64,000 nucleotides of DNA. Source: Candidatus Latescibacterota bacterium. Lineage in GTDB: Bacteria > Latescibacterota > UBA2968 > UBA8231. Each line of letters begins with the position of its first letter. Within the stretch, counting starts at the first letter, position 1. The notes under the pieces are model-generated. The model was not told the origin of the DNA and made no database searches. It saw only the letters and a program-made list of their open reading frames with translations. Position numbers and translations under genes: made by a program. The DNA lies in contig OZ244561.1 in the NCBI GenBank assembly GCA_965217585.1, positions 1,472,001 to 1,536,000 of the forward strand, written 5' to 3'. Positions 1 to 9,238 of the stretch are shown here, one piece after another.

Positions 1-1356
1 CGAAATGCCGCGCCCGCCGTTGGGGCCAGCGGGTGCTGGACTCTGGTAGTGCTCCGAGTTGGCGATGGCCTCCAACACCTCCTTGCAGCCCATCTTCGGA
101 TATACCACGCCGTCAATGCGGCGAGTGCCGGTCGTCGCGCTGTTTTTGAGCCGGATCGCTAGCGGCTCCATCCCCAATTCGGCGGCCAGCAAATCGACCA
201 CGTGCTCAGTGGCGAAGGCCACCTGCGTCGAACCCGGGGCGCGATACGCAAAACTCCGCGGCTTGTTGACCACTACGTCATAGCAGTCGATCCGGCCATC
301 GGGGATGTCGTAGCACGAAAACACGCACATCGCGGCCGCGCCGACCAAGCCGCCGGGATACGCCCCGGACTCAAAGGCGATATAGGCGTCGGCGGCCACG
401 ATCTTGCCGCTCTTGTCAGCACCCATCTTGATCTTGATGTACGACCCAGGCGTCGGGCCGGTGCTCTCGAAGACGGCTGGCCGGGTCATAATCATTTTGA
501 CGGGCTGGCCGCTCGCCTTGGAGAGCAGCGCGGCGACTGGCTCCAAGTAAACCGGGATTTTGCCGCCAAAGCCGCCGCCGATTTCTTGAGGCACGACCTT
601 GATCTTGGAAATGGGCATGTCCAAGACCGCGCCAACTTGGGCGCGCGCGGTGAACGAACCCTGGGTGCTGGTCCAGACCGTCAACTGGCCATCGGCGTTC
701 CAACTCGCCGTGGCGTTGTGCGGTTCGATGTACCCTTGATGCACGGTGGCAGTCTGAAACTCGCGCTCCACGATCACGTCGGCCTCGGCAAAGGCCTTGT
801 CCGGATCGCCGAGCTGGTGCTCGAAGTGGGTGGCGAGGTTGCTCTTGCGACCGGTGTCTTCCCCAAACTCTTGGGTGGTCATGTCGTCGTGGAGCTGGGG
901 GGCACCCTCCTGCATGGCCTCGCGCACATCGAGTACTGGCTCTAGTACCTCGTACTCGACTTCGATCAGGTCGAGTGCCTCTTCGGCAATGTGGACACTG
1001 GTGGCGGCGACGGCGGCGACTGGATGCCCGCTGTACAGGGTCTTATCCGTGGCCAGCACATTGTCGCGCAGGTATTTGAGCCGGGCCGGACCTTCGCCGA
1101 GATCGACGATTTGGTCTCCGGCATCGGGCAGATCAATGCCCGTGAGGACGGCCTTGACCCCGGGCAGGGCCGCGGCTTTAGAAGTGTCTATGGACTTGAT
1201 GCGCGCATGGGCGTGGGGCGAGCGCAGGACCTGTCCGTAGAGCAAGCCGGCCAACCGGGTGTCAGCGCCGTAAATGGCGCGCCCAGTTACTTTGTCAACG
1301 CCGTCGTGGCGGATGGGGCGGGTGCCGATGACTTTGTAGCCGTTGGTGGCAGGCAT
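1..1356 (-). CDS. Xanthine dehydrogenase/CoxL-family molybdopterin-binding large subunit (3' end outside the window)
   Basis: Not in the ORF track; translated by hand from ATG at 1356 (upstream RBS GAGGAGG): MPATNGYKVIGTRPIRHDGVDKVTGRAIYGAD..., with the GGGFGGK motif (~560-580) and AYRAPG loop (232-249). Lies downstream of S- and M-type subunits. Confidence 0.9.
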   Translation of the reverse strand, partial: MPATNGYKVIGTRPIRHDGVDKVTGRAIYGADTRLAGLLYGQVLRSPHAHARIKSIDTSKAAALPGVKAVLTGIDLPDAGDQIVDLGEGPARLKYLRDNVLATDKTLYSGHPVAAVAATSVHIAEEALDLIEVEYEVLEPVLDVREAMQEGAPQLHDDMTTQEFGEDTGRKSNLATHFEHQLGDPDKAFAEADVIVEREFQTATVHQGYIEPHNATASWNADGQLTVWTSTQGSFTARAQVGAVLDMPISKIKVVPQEIGGGFGGKIPVYLEPVAALLSKASGQPVKMIMTRPAVFESTGPTPGSYIKIKMGADKSGKIVAADAYIAFESGAYPGGLVGAAAMCVFSCYDIPDGRIDCYDVVVNKPRSFAYRAPGSTQVAFATEHVVDLLAAELGMEPLAIRLKNSATTGTRRIDGVVYPKMGCKEVLEAIANSEHYQSPAPAGPNGGRGIS

Positions 1357-1376
1357 GGCGTTCCTCCTCGTTGGGT

Positions 1377-1856
1377 TTAGGCGCTTTGGCGCACTTCCTC
1401 AGCGGCGTCGAGGACAGCGCGGACGATCTTGTCGTAGCCCGTGCAGCGGCACAAGTTGCCAGCCAGCCAGTGCCGCACTTCGTGCTCGGAAGGGTTGGGG
1501 TTGTGGTCGAGCAGGGCCTTGGAGGCCACCAAAAAGCCCGGGGTGCAGATACCGCATTGGAGCGCGGCGTGTTCAAGGAACTTCTGCTGCACCGGGTGTA
1601 GGCTATCCGGGCTGGCAAGGCCCTCGACCGTGCCGATCTGCTTGCCATCGGCCTCGACGGCCAGCATCAGGCAAGAATCTACGAGGACGTCATCGACGAC
1701 GATGGAGCACGCGCCGCAGTTGCCGTCGTTGCAGCCCTCTTTGGTGCCGGTGAAGCCGAGCGTCTCGCGCAATACTTCGAGTAGGCTTTGGCGCGACTCG
1801 CAGAGAAATTCGGTCGGTTCCCCGTTAATCGTGGTTTGGACGTGTATTTTGCTCAT
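1377..1856 (-). CDS. (2Fe-2S)-binding small subunit, CoxS/CutS family
   Basis: GTKEGCNDGNCGAC, QCGICTPG and GNLCRCTGY motifs. Confidence 0.95.
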   Translation of the reverse strand: MSKIHVQTTINGEPTEFLCESRQSLLEVLRETLGFTGTKEGCNDGNCGACSIVVDDVLVDSCLMLAVEADGKQIGTVEGLASPDSLHPVQQKFLEHAALQCGICTPGFLVASKALLDHNPNPSEHEVRHWLAGNLCRCTGYDKIVRAVLDAAEEVRQSA

Positions 1857-1945
1857 GTACCTTAACTCCGAATTTGAGCCGCCTATCGCGGCGAGTGAAG
1901 AGTTGTTCCCGCCGACCCAATGGTCGGTGCAGTTTCTAAAGCCTT

Positions 1946-2854
1946 CTAGCCAGCCGCTTCCTGCACGGCGTTGGCGACGAACTGGCCGCGGGCTCGGGCG
2001 ACAGCACCCGCGAGGGTGCGCTTGACCAGCACCCCGACGAGATGGGTGCGGAAATCGGCCGGGCCGCGCATGTCGGAAATCGGCCGGGCCGCGCTCTGGG
2101 CGACGGCTGCGGCCGCGGCGATGGCCTCGTCTGAAACGGCTTGGCTCGCTAAGCTGTCGCCGGCCTCGCGCGCGAAAATCGGCGTGGGGCCGACCGCGGC
2201 GAGTGCAATGCGCGCGGCCTTAAACTCCTTGCCGCGATTGGCCAAGGTGACATGGGAGGACACCCCGACGACGGCGATGTCCATCTCGTTGCGCGGAATA
2301 AAGCGCTGGTAGTGAGAGCCCGTGTTCTTCCTGGCAATCGGGATCTGGAGAGAAACCAAGACCTCGCCGGGCGCGAGCACGCTGCGGCCCGGAGCGGTGC
2401 AAAAATCCTCTACCGCGACTTGGCGCTTGCCGTCCGGCCCGGCGATGTGGCACACGGCCGAGTGGGTAATTAGGCTGGGGGTGGTGTCCGCGCTGGGAGA
2501 GGCGTTGCACAAATTGCCGCCAAAGGTGGCGCGGCCCTGTATTTGGATGCCGCCGATAATAGCGGCCGAATCGACGAGCCCAGGGTATCGCGCGACGATT
2601 TCGGGGTCATTGTAGATGCTCCAGCAGGACACGCCCGCGCCAATGACCAAACCCCGGCGGGGACCGTAGGAAAGCTCGTTGGCCTCGGGGACGTTCTTGA
2701 TGTCGATGATGCAGTCGGGCTCAAAACGCTTCCCGCGCAACTGGACGATCAAGTCGGTGCCACCAGCGAGGATGCGGGCGGCCTCGCCCTTTTCGGCCTT
2801 GAGGGCCACGGCCTCGCGCAACGTGCTGGGGGCGCAATATGCAAAATCTTTCAA
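1946..2854 (-). CDS. FAD-binding medium subunit, CoxM/CutM family
   Basis: AGGTDL, ATFGGNLCNASPSAD and PISDMRG motifs; M-S-L gene order. Confidence 0.95.
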   Translation of the reverse strand: MKDFAYCAPSTLREAVALKAEKGEAARILAGGTDLIVQLRGKRFEPDCIIDIKNVPEANELSYGPRRGLVIGAGVSCWSIYNDPEIVARYPGLVDSAAIIGGIQIQGRATFGGNLCNASPSADTTPSLITHSAVCHIAGPDGKRQVAVEDFCTAPGRSVLAPGEVLVSLQIPIARKNTGSHYQRFIPRNEMDIAVVGVSSHVTLANRGKEFKAARIALAAVGPTPIFAREAGDSLASQAVSDEAIAAAAAVAQSAARPISDMRGPADFRTHLVGVLVKRTLAGAVARARGQFVANAVQEAAG

Positions 2855-2907
2855 GGAAAACCCTCCTCGCTTGTAATTGTAAGTAGTGATCGCTGCTTTC
2901 GCGCCTA

Positions 2908-2936
2908 ATTATGGAATGCTCCATCCCCGCTGTCAA
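2908..2936 (-). promoter_or_regulatory. Sigma70-type promoter for the molybdenum hydroxylase operon
   Basis: Minus strand reads TTGACA (2936-2931), 17-nt spacer, CATAAT (2913-2908), about 55 nt upstream of the coxM-like start. Confidence 0.7.
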
Positions 2937-3022
2937 GAGCGGTAAAAGGCGCGGCGCAATGGGACGGATAGCTAACTTTTTTTGTTGAGACCCTCGGCGT
3001 GGAGCGCATCAACAGCTTCTCA

Positions 3023-3898
3023 TCAATCGCTCCCTACCCCCGCTTCCAAGCTCCAATAGACCGTTTCGATCCAGCGCTGCGTTGGCACGAAAGACCACTC
3101 CCACGACGCCCATTGAGAGTCGAGTCCCTCTGCGCTGATCTGGTCGAGAGACATGCCCGCGCTCCGACGCGTGCGCACGCTGGCCGTAGTTTCCACCAAC
3201 ATGCGGTGGTAGATCTTCAGATCGTCGAGGGTGGCGACCGGGCCGTGGCCGGGGATGATTTTCGCGTCCGCGGGAAGCTGGTCAATGAGCGTGGCGATGT
3301 GTTGCGTTAGGGTCTCGACGTCGCCGCCGTACTCTAGATCGACAAAGGGGAAGAGGCCGTTGAAGAACAGGTCGCCGAGATGGGCGATCTGGGCGTTGAC
3401 AAAGAATACGGCGATGTCCCCGTCGGTATGGGCGCGGGGGAAGTGAACGGCGCGGATTTCCTCGTCGTTGAAGAACACGGATGCCGACTGCTCAAACGCA
3501 ACCTCTGGCAAGGCAACCGCCGGCGCAGGCTCAATGAACCGCTTGCCAAATTCACCGCCCGTCGCCAGGCGTTTGCGGACATTGGCATGGGCCAAAATCG
3601 TCGCGTGCTGACCAAAGGCGTGGTTGCCGCCAGTGTGGTCGCCGTGGAAATGCGTGTTGAAGATGTACTGGGGCTGGCCGTCAAAACGGGCTAGCGCAGC
3701 GTGCAGCGCATCGGCCTGCGACGCCAATTTGGCATCTACCAAAAGAAGGCCATCGCCGCCGACGCAAACCCCAACATTGCCGCCACCGCCTTGCAATACA
3801 TACACCGCGTCGCTGAGCTGGGAAAGCGACAGCTCGGCGGTCGCTGGGCCAGCAGTCAACAATGCCGCGAATAATGGGCGAATATTTAATAAGCGCAT
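3023..3898 (-). CDS. Secreted MBL-fold metallo-hydrolase (cyclase/glyoxalase II-like)
   Basis: Signal peptide; THFHGDH, AHTDGD, GDL and IPGHG metal-binding motifs. Confidence 0.9.
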   Translation of the reverse strand: MRLLNIRPLFAALLTAGPATAELSLSQLSDAVYVLQGGGGNVGVCVGGDGLLLVDAKLASQADALHAALARFDGQPQYIFNTHFHGDHTGGNHAFGQHATILAHANVRKRLATGGEFGKRFIEPAPAVALPEVAFEQSASVFFNDEEIRAVHFPRAHTDGDIAVFFVNAQIAHLGDLFFNGLFPFVDLEYGGDVETLTQHIATLIDQLPADAKIIPGHGPVATLDDLKIYHRMLVETTASVRTRRSAGMSLDQISAEGLDSQWASWEWSFVPTQRWIETVYWSLEAGVGSD

Positions 3899-3942
3899 AT
3901 TTCTTTACCCCTGTAATTAGGCTCTGTGTGAATGAGAGCGGA

Positions 3943-5568
3943 TCACGGATCGCTACTTCTCTCTTCTATCGTTAAGTACCGATTGACCGGCAGGTCCGTA
4001 AAAATTTCTCGGTGTTGATCGGGCCAGCGCACTTCGAGCGTATCGATCCACTTGACGCGCCCCAGCCCGAAGTGGAGGCGGCGGTCCTCGCTGGAGAGGA
4101 AACTGCTGCCGCAGATGAGGTCGCGGATCTGCGTCCGCTTGCCAGCGACGAGTCGCGCTCGAGCTCCAATGCCATCGCGGTTGCCGCGCGTACCGACCAA
4201 GCGCAGGCCCAGCCAATTCCGCTGGTTGCCCACATCGTTCCGCAACAGCGAGGGCCGATCGTCGAGATTGGCAACGAAAACATCCAAGTCGCCGTCGTTG
4301 TCAAAGTCGAACATGTTGGCCCCTCGGCTGACGCGGGGCTCCCCGGAGCCGAGCGCGACCTGAGTAAACGTTCCGTCGCCAACATTGGCAAAAAGATGAT
4401 TGGATTGGGCATACGTACTGCCGCTGCCGGCGCGGTCGATCTGCGGATACACATGGCCGTTGGCCACCAACAGATCGAGATCGCCGTCGTGGTCAAAGTC
4501 GCAGAACCCCGCGCCAAAGCCCACGTGCGCCCACCCCGCAGGTGTCAAGGCAGCTTCCGCGCTGACATCCGCAAAGATGCCGTCGCCCTCGTTGCGATAG
4601 AGGGTATTGTACTCGTCTGCAAAATGCGTGGCGAGCAAATCGGGGCGGCCGTCGTTGTCGTAGTCGCCCCAAGCCACGCCCATGCTCGCTTGGATTTGTC
4701 CGCTGCGGCCATAGGCCAAGTGGGCCGGGAGGGAACGGTCGCTAAAGCGGCCATCGCCGCGATTGCGATAAAAAAAGTTTGGGCTGGAGTCGTTGGCCAC
4801 GAACAGGTCGGGCCAGCCATCGTCGTCCGCGTCTGCAAACAGTACGCCCAAGCCGTAGCCTGGGGAGGGGTGATTGAGGCGCGCCCAAGCGGTGATGTCG
4901 GCAAACTCGTCGCCGTCGTTGCGATAAAACACATCCGCAGCCCCTATCAATCCCCTCGGGCCGACGAAGACCTCCACCCCCTTCCATTGCGCCCCTAAGC
5001 GCTCGACCTTAGCGGAATCGAATACCGCATAGCTCGCCACATACAAGTCGAGGTCGCCGTCGCGGTCGTAGTCGGCCCACGCTGCGCCTGTGCTCCAACG
5101 GGGCGTAGCCACGCCAGCCGCTGCGGCCACATCGACAAAGCGGTTGCCGTCGTTGCGGTAGAGCAGATTCCCCCGCAATTGGGTCGCGTACAGGTCTTGA
5201 TCGCCATCGTTGTCAAAGTCCGCGCTGGTCGCACCCATGCCCCAGCCGCGGCCCGCGGTCCCGAGCGCCTCGCCCACATCGACAAAGCCGGTCAGGCCAT
5301 CGTTGCGAAAGAGCGCATGGCCACCGCCTTGGCCATTGACCCAGTACAGGTCTTGGTCGCCATCGCGATCAAAGTCGAGCGCGGCTGTGCCGCCGCCTTT
5401 GGCCTCGGGGATATAGCCCTTTTCCAAGCTGCCGCTCGTGTGGACTCGGGTCAGGCCGAGTTCGGCGGCCACATCGACGAAAGGCGCAAGCGGCTCGGCT
5501 GCGACGCAGCACGTCCACAGGATGACTGCGCAGAAGCCGCCGACTATGTTTGGGGAAAACGCGGGCAA
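3943..5568 (-). CDS. CRTAC1-family FG-GAP repeat protein with C-terminal ASPIC/UnbV domain
   Basis: Repeated D(F/Y)DxDGDxDL motifs; C-terminal NRDGIGAR...GSSFLS...LHFGLG...VRWP; signal peptide. Confidence 0.9.
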   Translation of the reverse strand: MPAFSPNIVGGFCAVILWTCCVAAEPLAPFVDVAAELGLTRVHTSGSLEKGYIPEAKGGGTAALDFDRDGDQDLYWVNGQGGGHALFRNDGLTGFVDVGEALGTAGRGWGMGATSADFDNDGDQDLYATQLRGNLLYRNDGNRFVDVAAAAGVATPRWSTGAAWADYDRDGDLDLYVASYAVFDSAKVERLGAQWKGVEVFVGPRGLIGAADVFYRNDGDEFADITAWARLNHPSPGYGLGVLFADADDDGWPDLFVANDSSPNFFYRNRGDGRFSDRSLPAHLAYGRSGQIQASMGVAWGDYDNDGRPDLLATHFADEYNTLYRNEGDGIFADVSAEAALTPAGWAHVGFGAGFCDFDHDGDLDLLVANGHVYPQIDRAGSGSTYAQSNHLFANVGDGTFTQVALGSGEPRVSRGANMFDFDNDGDLDVFVANLDDRPSLLRNDVGNQRNWLGLRLVGTRGNRDGIGARARLVAGKRTQIRDLICGSSFLSSEDRRLHFGLGRVKWIDTLEVRWPDQHREIFTDLPVNRYLTIEERSSDP

Positions 5569-5573
5569 TAGGT

Positions 5574-8078
5574 CTAGTACACGCTGGCGACGAGTTTGGT
5601 GATTGTCGTTTGCTCGCCTTCGGCGTCAACTTCCACGCCGACGCGACACATATACAGTCCCGGCGGCAACAGCCGGCCCTGTCGGTCCCGCCCATCCCAA
5701 GTCAGCCGCTGGACCCCCACGGCGGGCGCGGCCGCCTGCTCTATGCGCTGCACCGACTGGCCGTCTAGACCATAGACCTCCAGAATCAACGCCTTGGCTC
5801 CCTGCACTTGGAATACCGAAAAGACCAACTCCACCACATCGTTGATTCCGTCTCCATTGGGCGTAAACGGATTTGACGACGCGACCACCTCACCCAAAAC
5901 CGCCTTGGTAAAAGGCGTGAACACGGTCAGACCGCGGCCCGCGTTGACTCTACCGGCCGCGTCGTTATCCACCCGCTGCCACACTTGGTCGGCTCCTTGG
6001 CCGTGGCCGACCTGCACCTCAAAGGCATTGCTCACCAAGTAGAGTGCGCCGGAAAAGCGCAGCGACACGAGGTCCTGCCCCTGCACGACTGGCGCAGGCA
6101 GCCGCACCCACAGCGAATCCGGGCCGGTCGGCAGCCGCTCTAGCTGATCGCGTCCATACTGCTCCACACCCACAGCCCCGTCAATCAGGTCCATCTCCGT
6201 GCCCGGCGGCAGCTCTACCAGCACTTGGTCAAACCCGCTGTTGCCATCTTGGAACGCGGGCCGCAAGACCAAGGTAAAGGTCTGCGGCTGCCCGCGCTGG
6301 AGCGTTTTGTTGGGGGCGATCTCGCCGAGAATTTGGCTGGCGAGGGGCACGTCTAGCGCGAGGCGCAGGGAGCGCAGCAGCACGGCCGCGTCTGGATCGT
6401 CCGAGCGCAGGGTAGCCTCGATCATCACGTAGCGGCGCGGACTCGGCGAAGTGACGGGCGCACCCGTGGCCGAATAGGGCAGACTCCAAGAGCTCCAATC
6501 CGGACCGGGGATGATGGTAACAGTCGAATCGCCGCGCTGAAAGCTGAGCAGTTTGCGGTACTTGGCCTCGTTCACTTCTTGGCCCGTGCTCGTGAAGTAG
6601 CGGATGTGCTGGTCGAGTTGGTTCCCACTGCGGGTGCGGACGCGCACTTGGGTGCCGAGCGGCGCGTTGGCCGTCCAGTGCATGGCCGACAGGATGCGGG
6701 CCGCGCGCCCCAATTCGATCGGCTCAGATGTAAGCGACACCTCGGGGAGAAAGCCGCGTCCGTATAGCTGGAGCTCGCGGATGGCCGGGCGGGCCGACCC
6801 TTGAACCAAGGTGTAATCCATCCTGAAGTAACGCGCCTTGGTCAGCGGAAACACATTGTCCTGAAAGAGAATGCTGCGATGCGCGGTCCCCTCGCCACCT
6901 TCCTGGCCACGCGCCGTCAAGGCGACGTAGCTCAAGCTGCCGTCCGGTGCGCGGCTGCCGTCGGAAAGCGCAATCCCATAATTGGGAAACGCTTGGCTAT
7001 ACCTATCGCCAAAGACGATGGCAGCGCGGTTGACCCAGTACCAGGTTCCCAAGTCGAAATAGATATTGCGATGCGGATCCTGAAATACAACCGCCGGGTC
7101 GTTGAGGCTAAAGCCCACTTCCACGCTCCAGAAGGACCCCCACTCGCCGTCCACGGTTAGCTTTTCCGCGCCCAAGTTGCCGTAGCCGACAATCTCCCCG
7201 CCGCGAGCTATAGCGCCAAGGCTAATGTTGTCGCCCATGGTCCACACCTCGACTTCGGTCAGCCGCGGCCTCTCCCGGCGGTAGTATTCGACCGGGCCTT
7301 GCCATTCCGCCGCAATGGCCTCGTATGTCGCTTGATCTACTTGCCGCAAAACGCCGGAAGACTCGCGGCGGAAGTAGAGCACATCGCCGCGCTCTTCCTC
7401 CGGCAGACTGTTCCAGCGCGCGGCACTGATTTGCTCGGCTTGGCCCAAGTCGCTGGCCGTCGCCACCACTTGGAGAAACTGAATCAGACGACCACTAAGT
7501 CCCGGGTCCACTTTTCGGGTAGGCTGCAACTCGAACTCATAGACGCGCTGCAATTTGTTTAACCCCTCGCTGTGGCCGGCTGGCAGGTAGTTGAAGGACT
7601 TGCTTTGTAGGAAGGCGGGATCGCCGTTGGCGGTGAGCACCTTGAACTGGAGGAATGGATCGCCCTGGCCTTCAACCGCGAACTTCACCACCACCTTCTG
7701 CGCCCACACCAGCCGGCCCAAATCGATTTCGACCCACCACTTGTCGAGCGCGTCCGCTAAGTCCGGTTCCCAGAAGGTATCCTCCCGGCCATCTAGGATG
7801 TTCGCGGCTCCTGCTAGGTCGGTTCCAGCGTTGCGGATACCGCCCTGCATCCCATCTCCATAAGTAAACGAGCTCGCATCCAAGGCGGCGTTGACCTGCT
7901 CGCGGACAAAGATGGGCCGGACGCCTTCGTCGCTGAAGTCCAAGCTGCCCGGCGGAAAGTTCCACGCCGGCCAGTGCTCCGGAGCGACGTTCAACCCGTT
8001 GTCGTCGAGTTGGTACGCTTGGCACCACGCTGGGGAAGCCATCAGCAGAGCCGTGCCCACAATCGCAACGCTTTTCAT
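5574..8078 (-). CDS. Secreted protein, two discoidin-like domains plus C-terminal TPNGDGxND/FlgD-Ig domain (family A, long form, copy 1)
   Basis: Signal peptide; DGREDTFW..WVEIDLG; RTRSG..WSSWS..SPSPRRY; FTPNGDGIND..WDGRD..PPGLY; ends VASVY. Confidence 0.8.
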   Translation of the reverse strand: MKSVAIVGTALLMASPAWCQAYQLDDNGLNVAPEHWPAWNFPPGSLDFSDEGVRPIFVREQVNAALDASSFTYGDGMQGGIRNAGTDLAGAANILDGREDTFWEPDLADALDKWWVEIDLGRLVWAQKVVVKFAVEGQGDPFLQFKVLTANGDPAFLQSKSFNYLPAGHSEGLNKLQRVYEFELQPTRKVDPGLSGRLIQFLQVVATASDLGQAEQISAARWNSLPEEERGDVLYFRRESSGVLRQVDQATYEAIAAEWQGPVEYYRRERPRLTEVEVWTMGDNISLGAIARGGEIVGYGNLGAEKLTVDGEWGSFWSVEVGFSLNDPAVVFQDPHRNIYFDLGTWYWVNRAAIVFGDRYSQAFPNYGIALSDGSRAPDGSLSYVALTARGQEGGEGTAHRSILFQDNVFPLTKARYFRMDYTLVQGSARPAIRELQLYGRGFLPEVSLTSEPIELGRAARILSAMHWTANAPLGTQVRVRTRSGNQLDQHIRYFTSTGQEVNEAKYRKLLSFQRGDSTVTIIPGPDWSSWSLPYSATGAPVTSPSPRRYVMIEATLRSDDPDAAVLLRSLRLALDVPLASQILGEIAPNKTLQRGQPQTFTLVLRPAFQDGNSGFDQVLVELPPGTEMDLIDGAVGVEQYGRDQLERLPTGPDSLWVRLPAPVVQGQDLVSLRFSGALYLVSNAFEVQVGHGQGADQVWQRVDNDAAGRVNAGRGLTVFTPFTKAVLGEVVASSNPFTPNGDGINDVVELVFSVFQVQGAKALILEVYGLDGQSVQRIEQAAAPAVGVQRLTWDGRDRQGRLLPPGLYMCRVGVEVDAEGEQTTITKLVASVY

Positions 8079-8085
8079 GGCAGCA

Positions 8086-9207
8086 TCAGTGTGGATCGCC
8101 CACTCGCCAGCGGTGTTTTTCTACCCCATCCATGTCCAACTCAATCCCAAAACCCGGCCCTTCCGGCAACACGATGCAACTGTCCTCCACCCGCAGCGGC
8201 TCGGTGATGATCTCGTCTCGCCACGCAATGCCGGTTACGAACTCCATGGGGGCCACATTCGGTATGGAGGCCATCAAGTGCGCGGCCGCTATGATGCCGA
8301 CCGGGCCTTTGGTGTTGTGCGGCGATATGGGGACGTGAAAGGTGTCGGCAATGGCCGCAATTTTGCGCACCTCGGTAATCCCGCCGGCGTACATCAGGTC
8401 TGGCTGCGCCACGTCGATGCCGTCTAGCTCCAACAATTGGCGGTAGTGGCTCTTGGTATTCAGCCGCTCGCTGCCCATGACCGGAATGGAGATTTCCCGT
8501 CGCACTTTTGGGTAGGCGTGCAGGTCTTCCGGCGGCACGGGATCTTCAAACACGTAGAGGTCGTACGACTCTATGGCGCGGGCCAAGCGGATGCACTGGG
8601 CCACTGTGAAGCGACCGTGGCAATCGATCAACAGCTTGACATCCGGCCCCACTGCTTCCCGCACCGCGGCGAAGTGCTCTGCCGTCTCTTTCGGATGGCC
8701 GTCGTCCGCGTACTGACCGAAGTCGGCCCCACTCCGCGAACGCGCGCCGCCCTTGAGCGCGGTGTACCCCTCGTCCGCCTTTTCCCGCGCCATTTTCGCC
8801 GAATCCTCGGGCGTGGCACCGCCAAAGTGCGTATAGACCTCAACCCGGTCGCGGAACTTGCCGCCCAACAGTTCGACCACCGGCAGGTTCGCCACCTTGC
8901 CCTTGATGTCCCACAGAGCTTGGTCAATGCCGCTCATGGCACTCATCCACACGGGACCCGCCATGCGCCAGATACCGCTCAGCGAGGAGCGCAGATAGAG
9001 CTTGTGCCACAAGTACTCGATGCGCGCCGGGTCTTCGCCGATTAGCTCCTGTTTGAAATGCTCAACCGCGGCGACTACCACCGGCTCCTTTTGGGAATAC
9101 GTGGCCTCGCCCAAGCCCACTAAGCCTTCGTCTGTAAAGACCCGCACAATCGTCCATTTGCGGCCCGGCGAGTCGATCAGAATGGTATCAATATCGCGTA
9201 TCTTCAT
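8086..9207 (-). CDS. Mandelate racemase/muconate lactonizing family enzyme (galactonate dehydratase-like)
   Basis: GLGEAT, SGIDQALWDIKGK, D-C-H, EDP, GSE, QPD..GGITE and PHN motifs. Confidence 0.9.
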   Translation of the reverse strand: MKIRDIDTILIDSPGRKWTIVRVFTDEGLVGLGEATYSQKEPVVVAAVEHFKQELIGEDPARIEYLWHKLYLRSSLSGIWRMAGPVWMSAMSGIDQALWDIKGKVANLPVVELLGGKFRDRVEVYTHFGGATPEDSAKMAREKADEGYTALKGGARSRSGADFGQYADDGHPKETAEHFAAVREAVGPDVKLLIDCHGRFTVAQCIRLARAIESYDLYVFEDPVPPEDLHAYPKVRREISIPVMGSERLNTKSHYRQLLELDGIDVAQPDLMYAGGITEVRKIAAIADTFHVPISPHNTKGPVGIIAAAHLMASIPNVAPMEFVTGIAWRDEIITEPLRVEDSCIVLPEGPGFGIELDMDGVEKHRWRVGDPH

Positions 9208-9238
9208 CGCACTAATCCTCCCTTTGCAGTGTGAATTG

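Noticed and set aside
59-1753. Plus-strand ORFs such as 202..945, 797..1240 and 991..1380
   Set aside because: Antisense shadows of the molybdenum hydroxylase genes; the real large-subunit ORF is on the minus strand and runs off the window.
1-2854. Aerobic CO dehydrogenase call
   Set aside because: The active-site loop is AYRAPG, not AYxCSFR or AYRGAGR.
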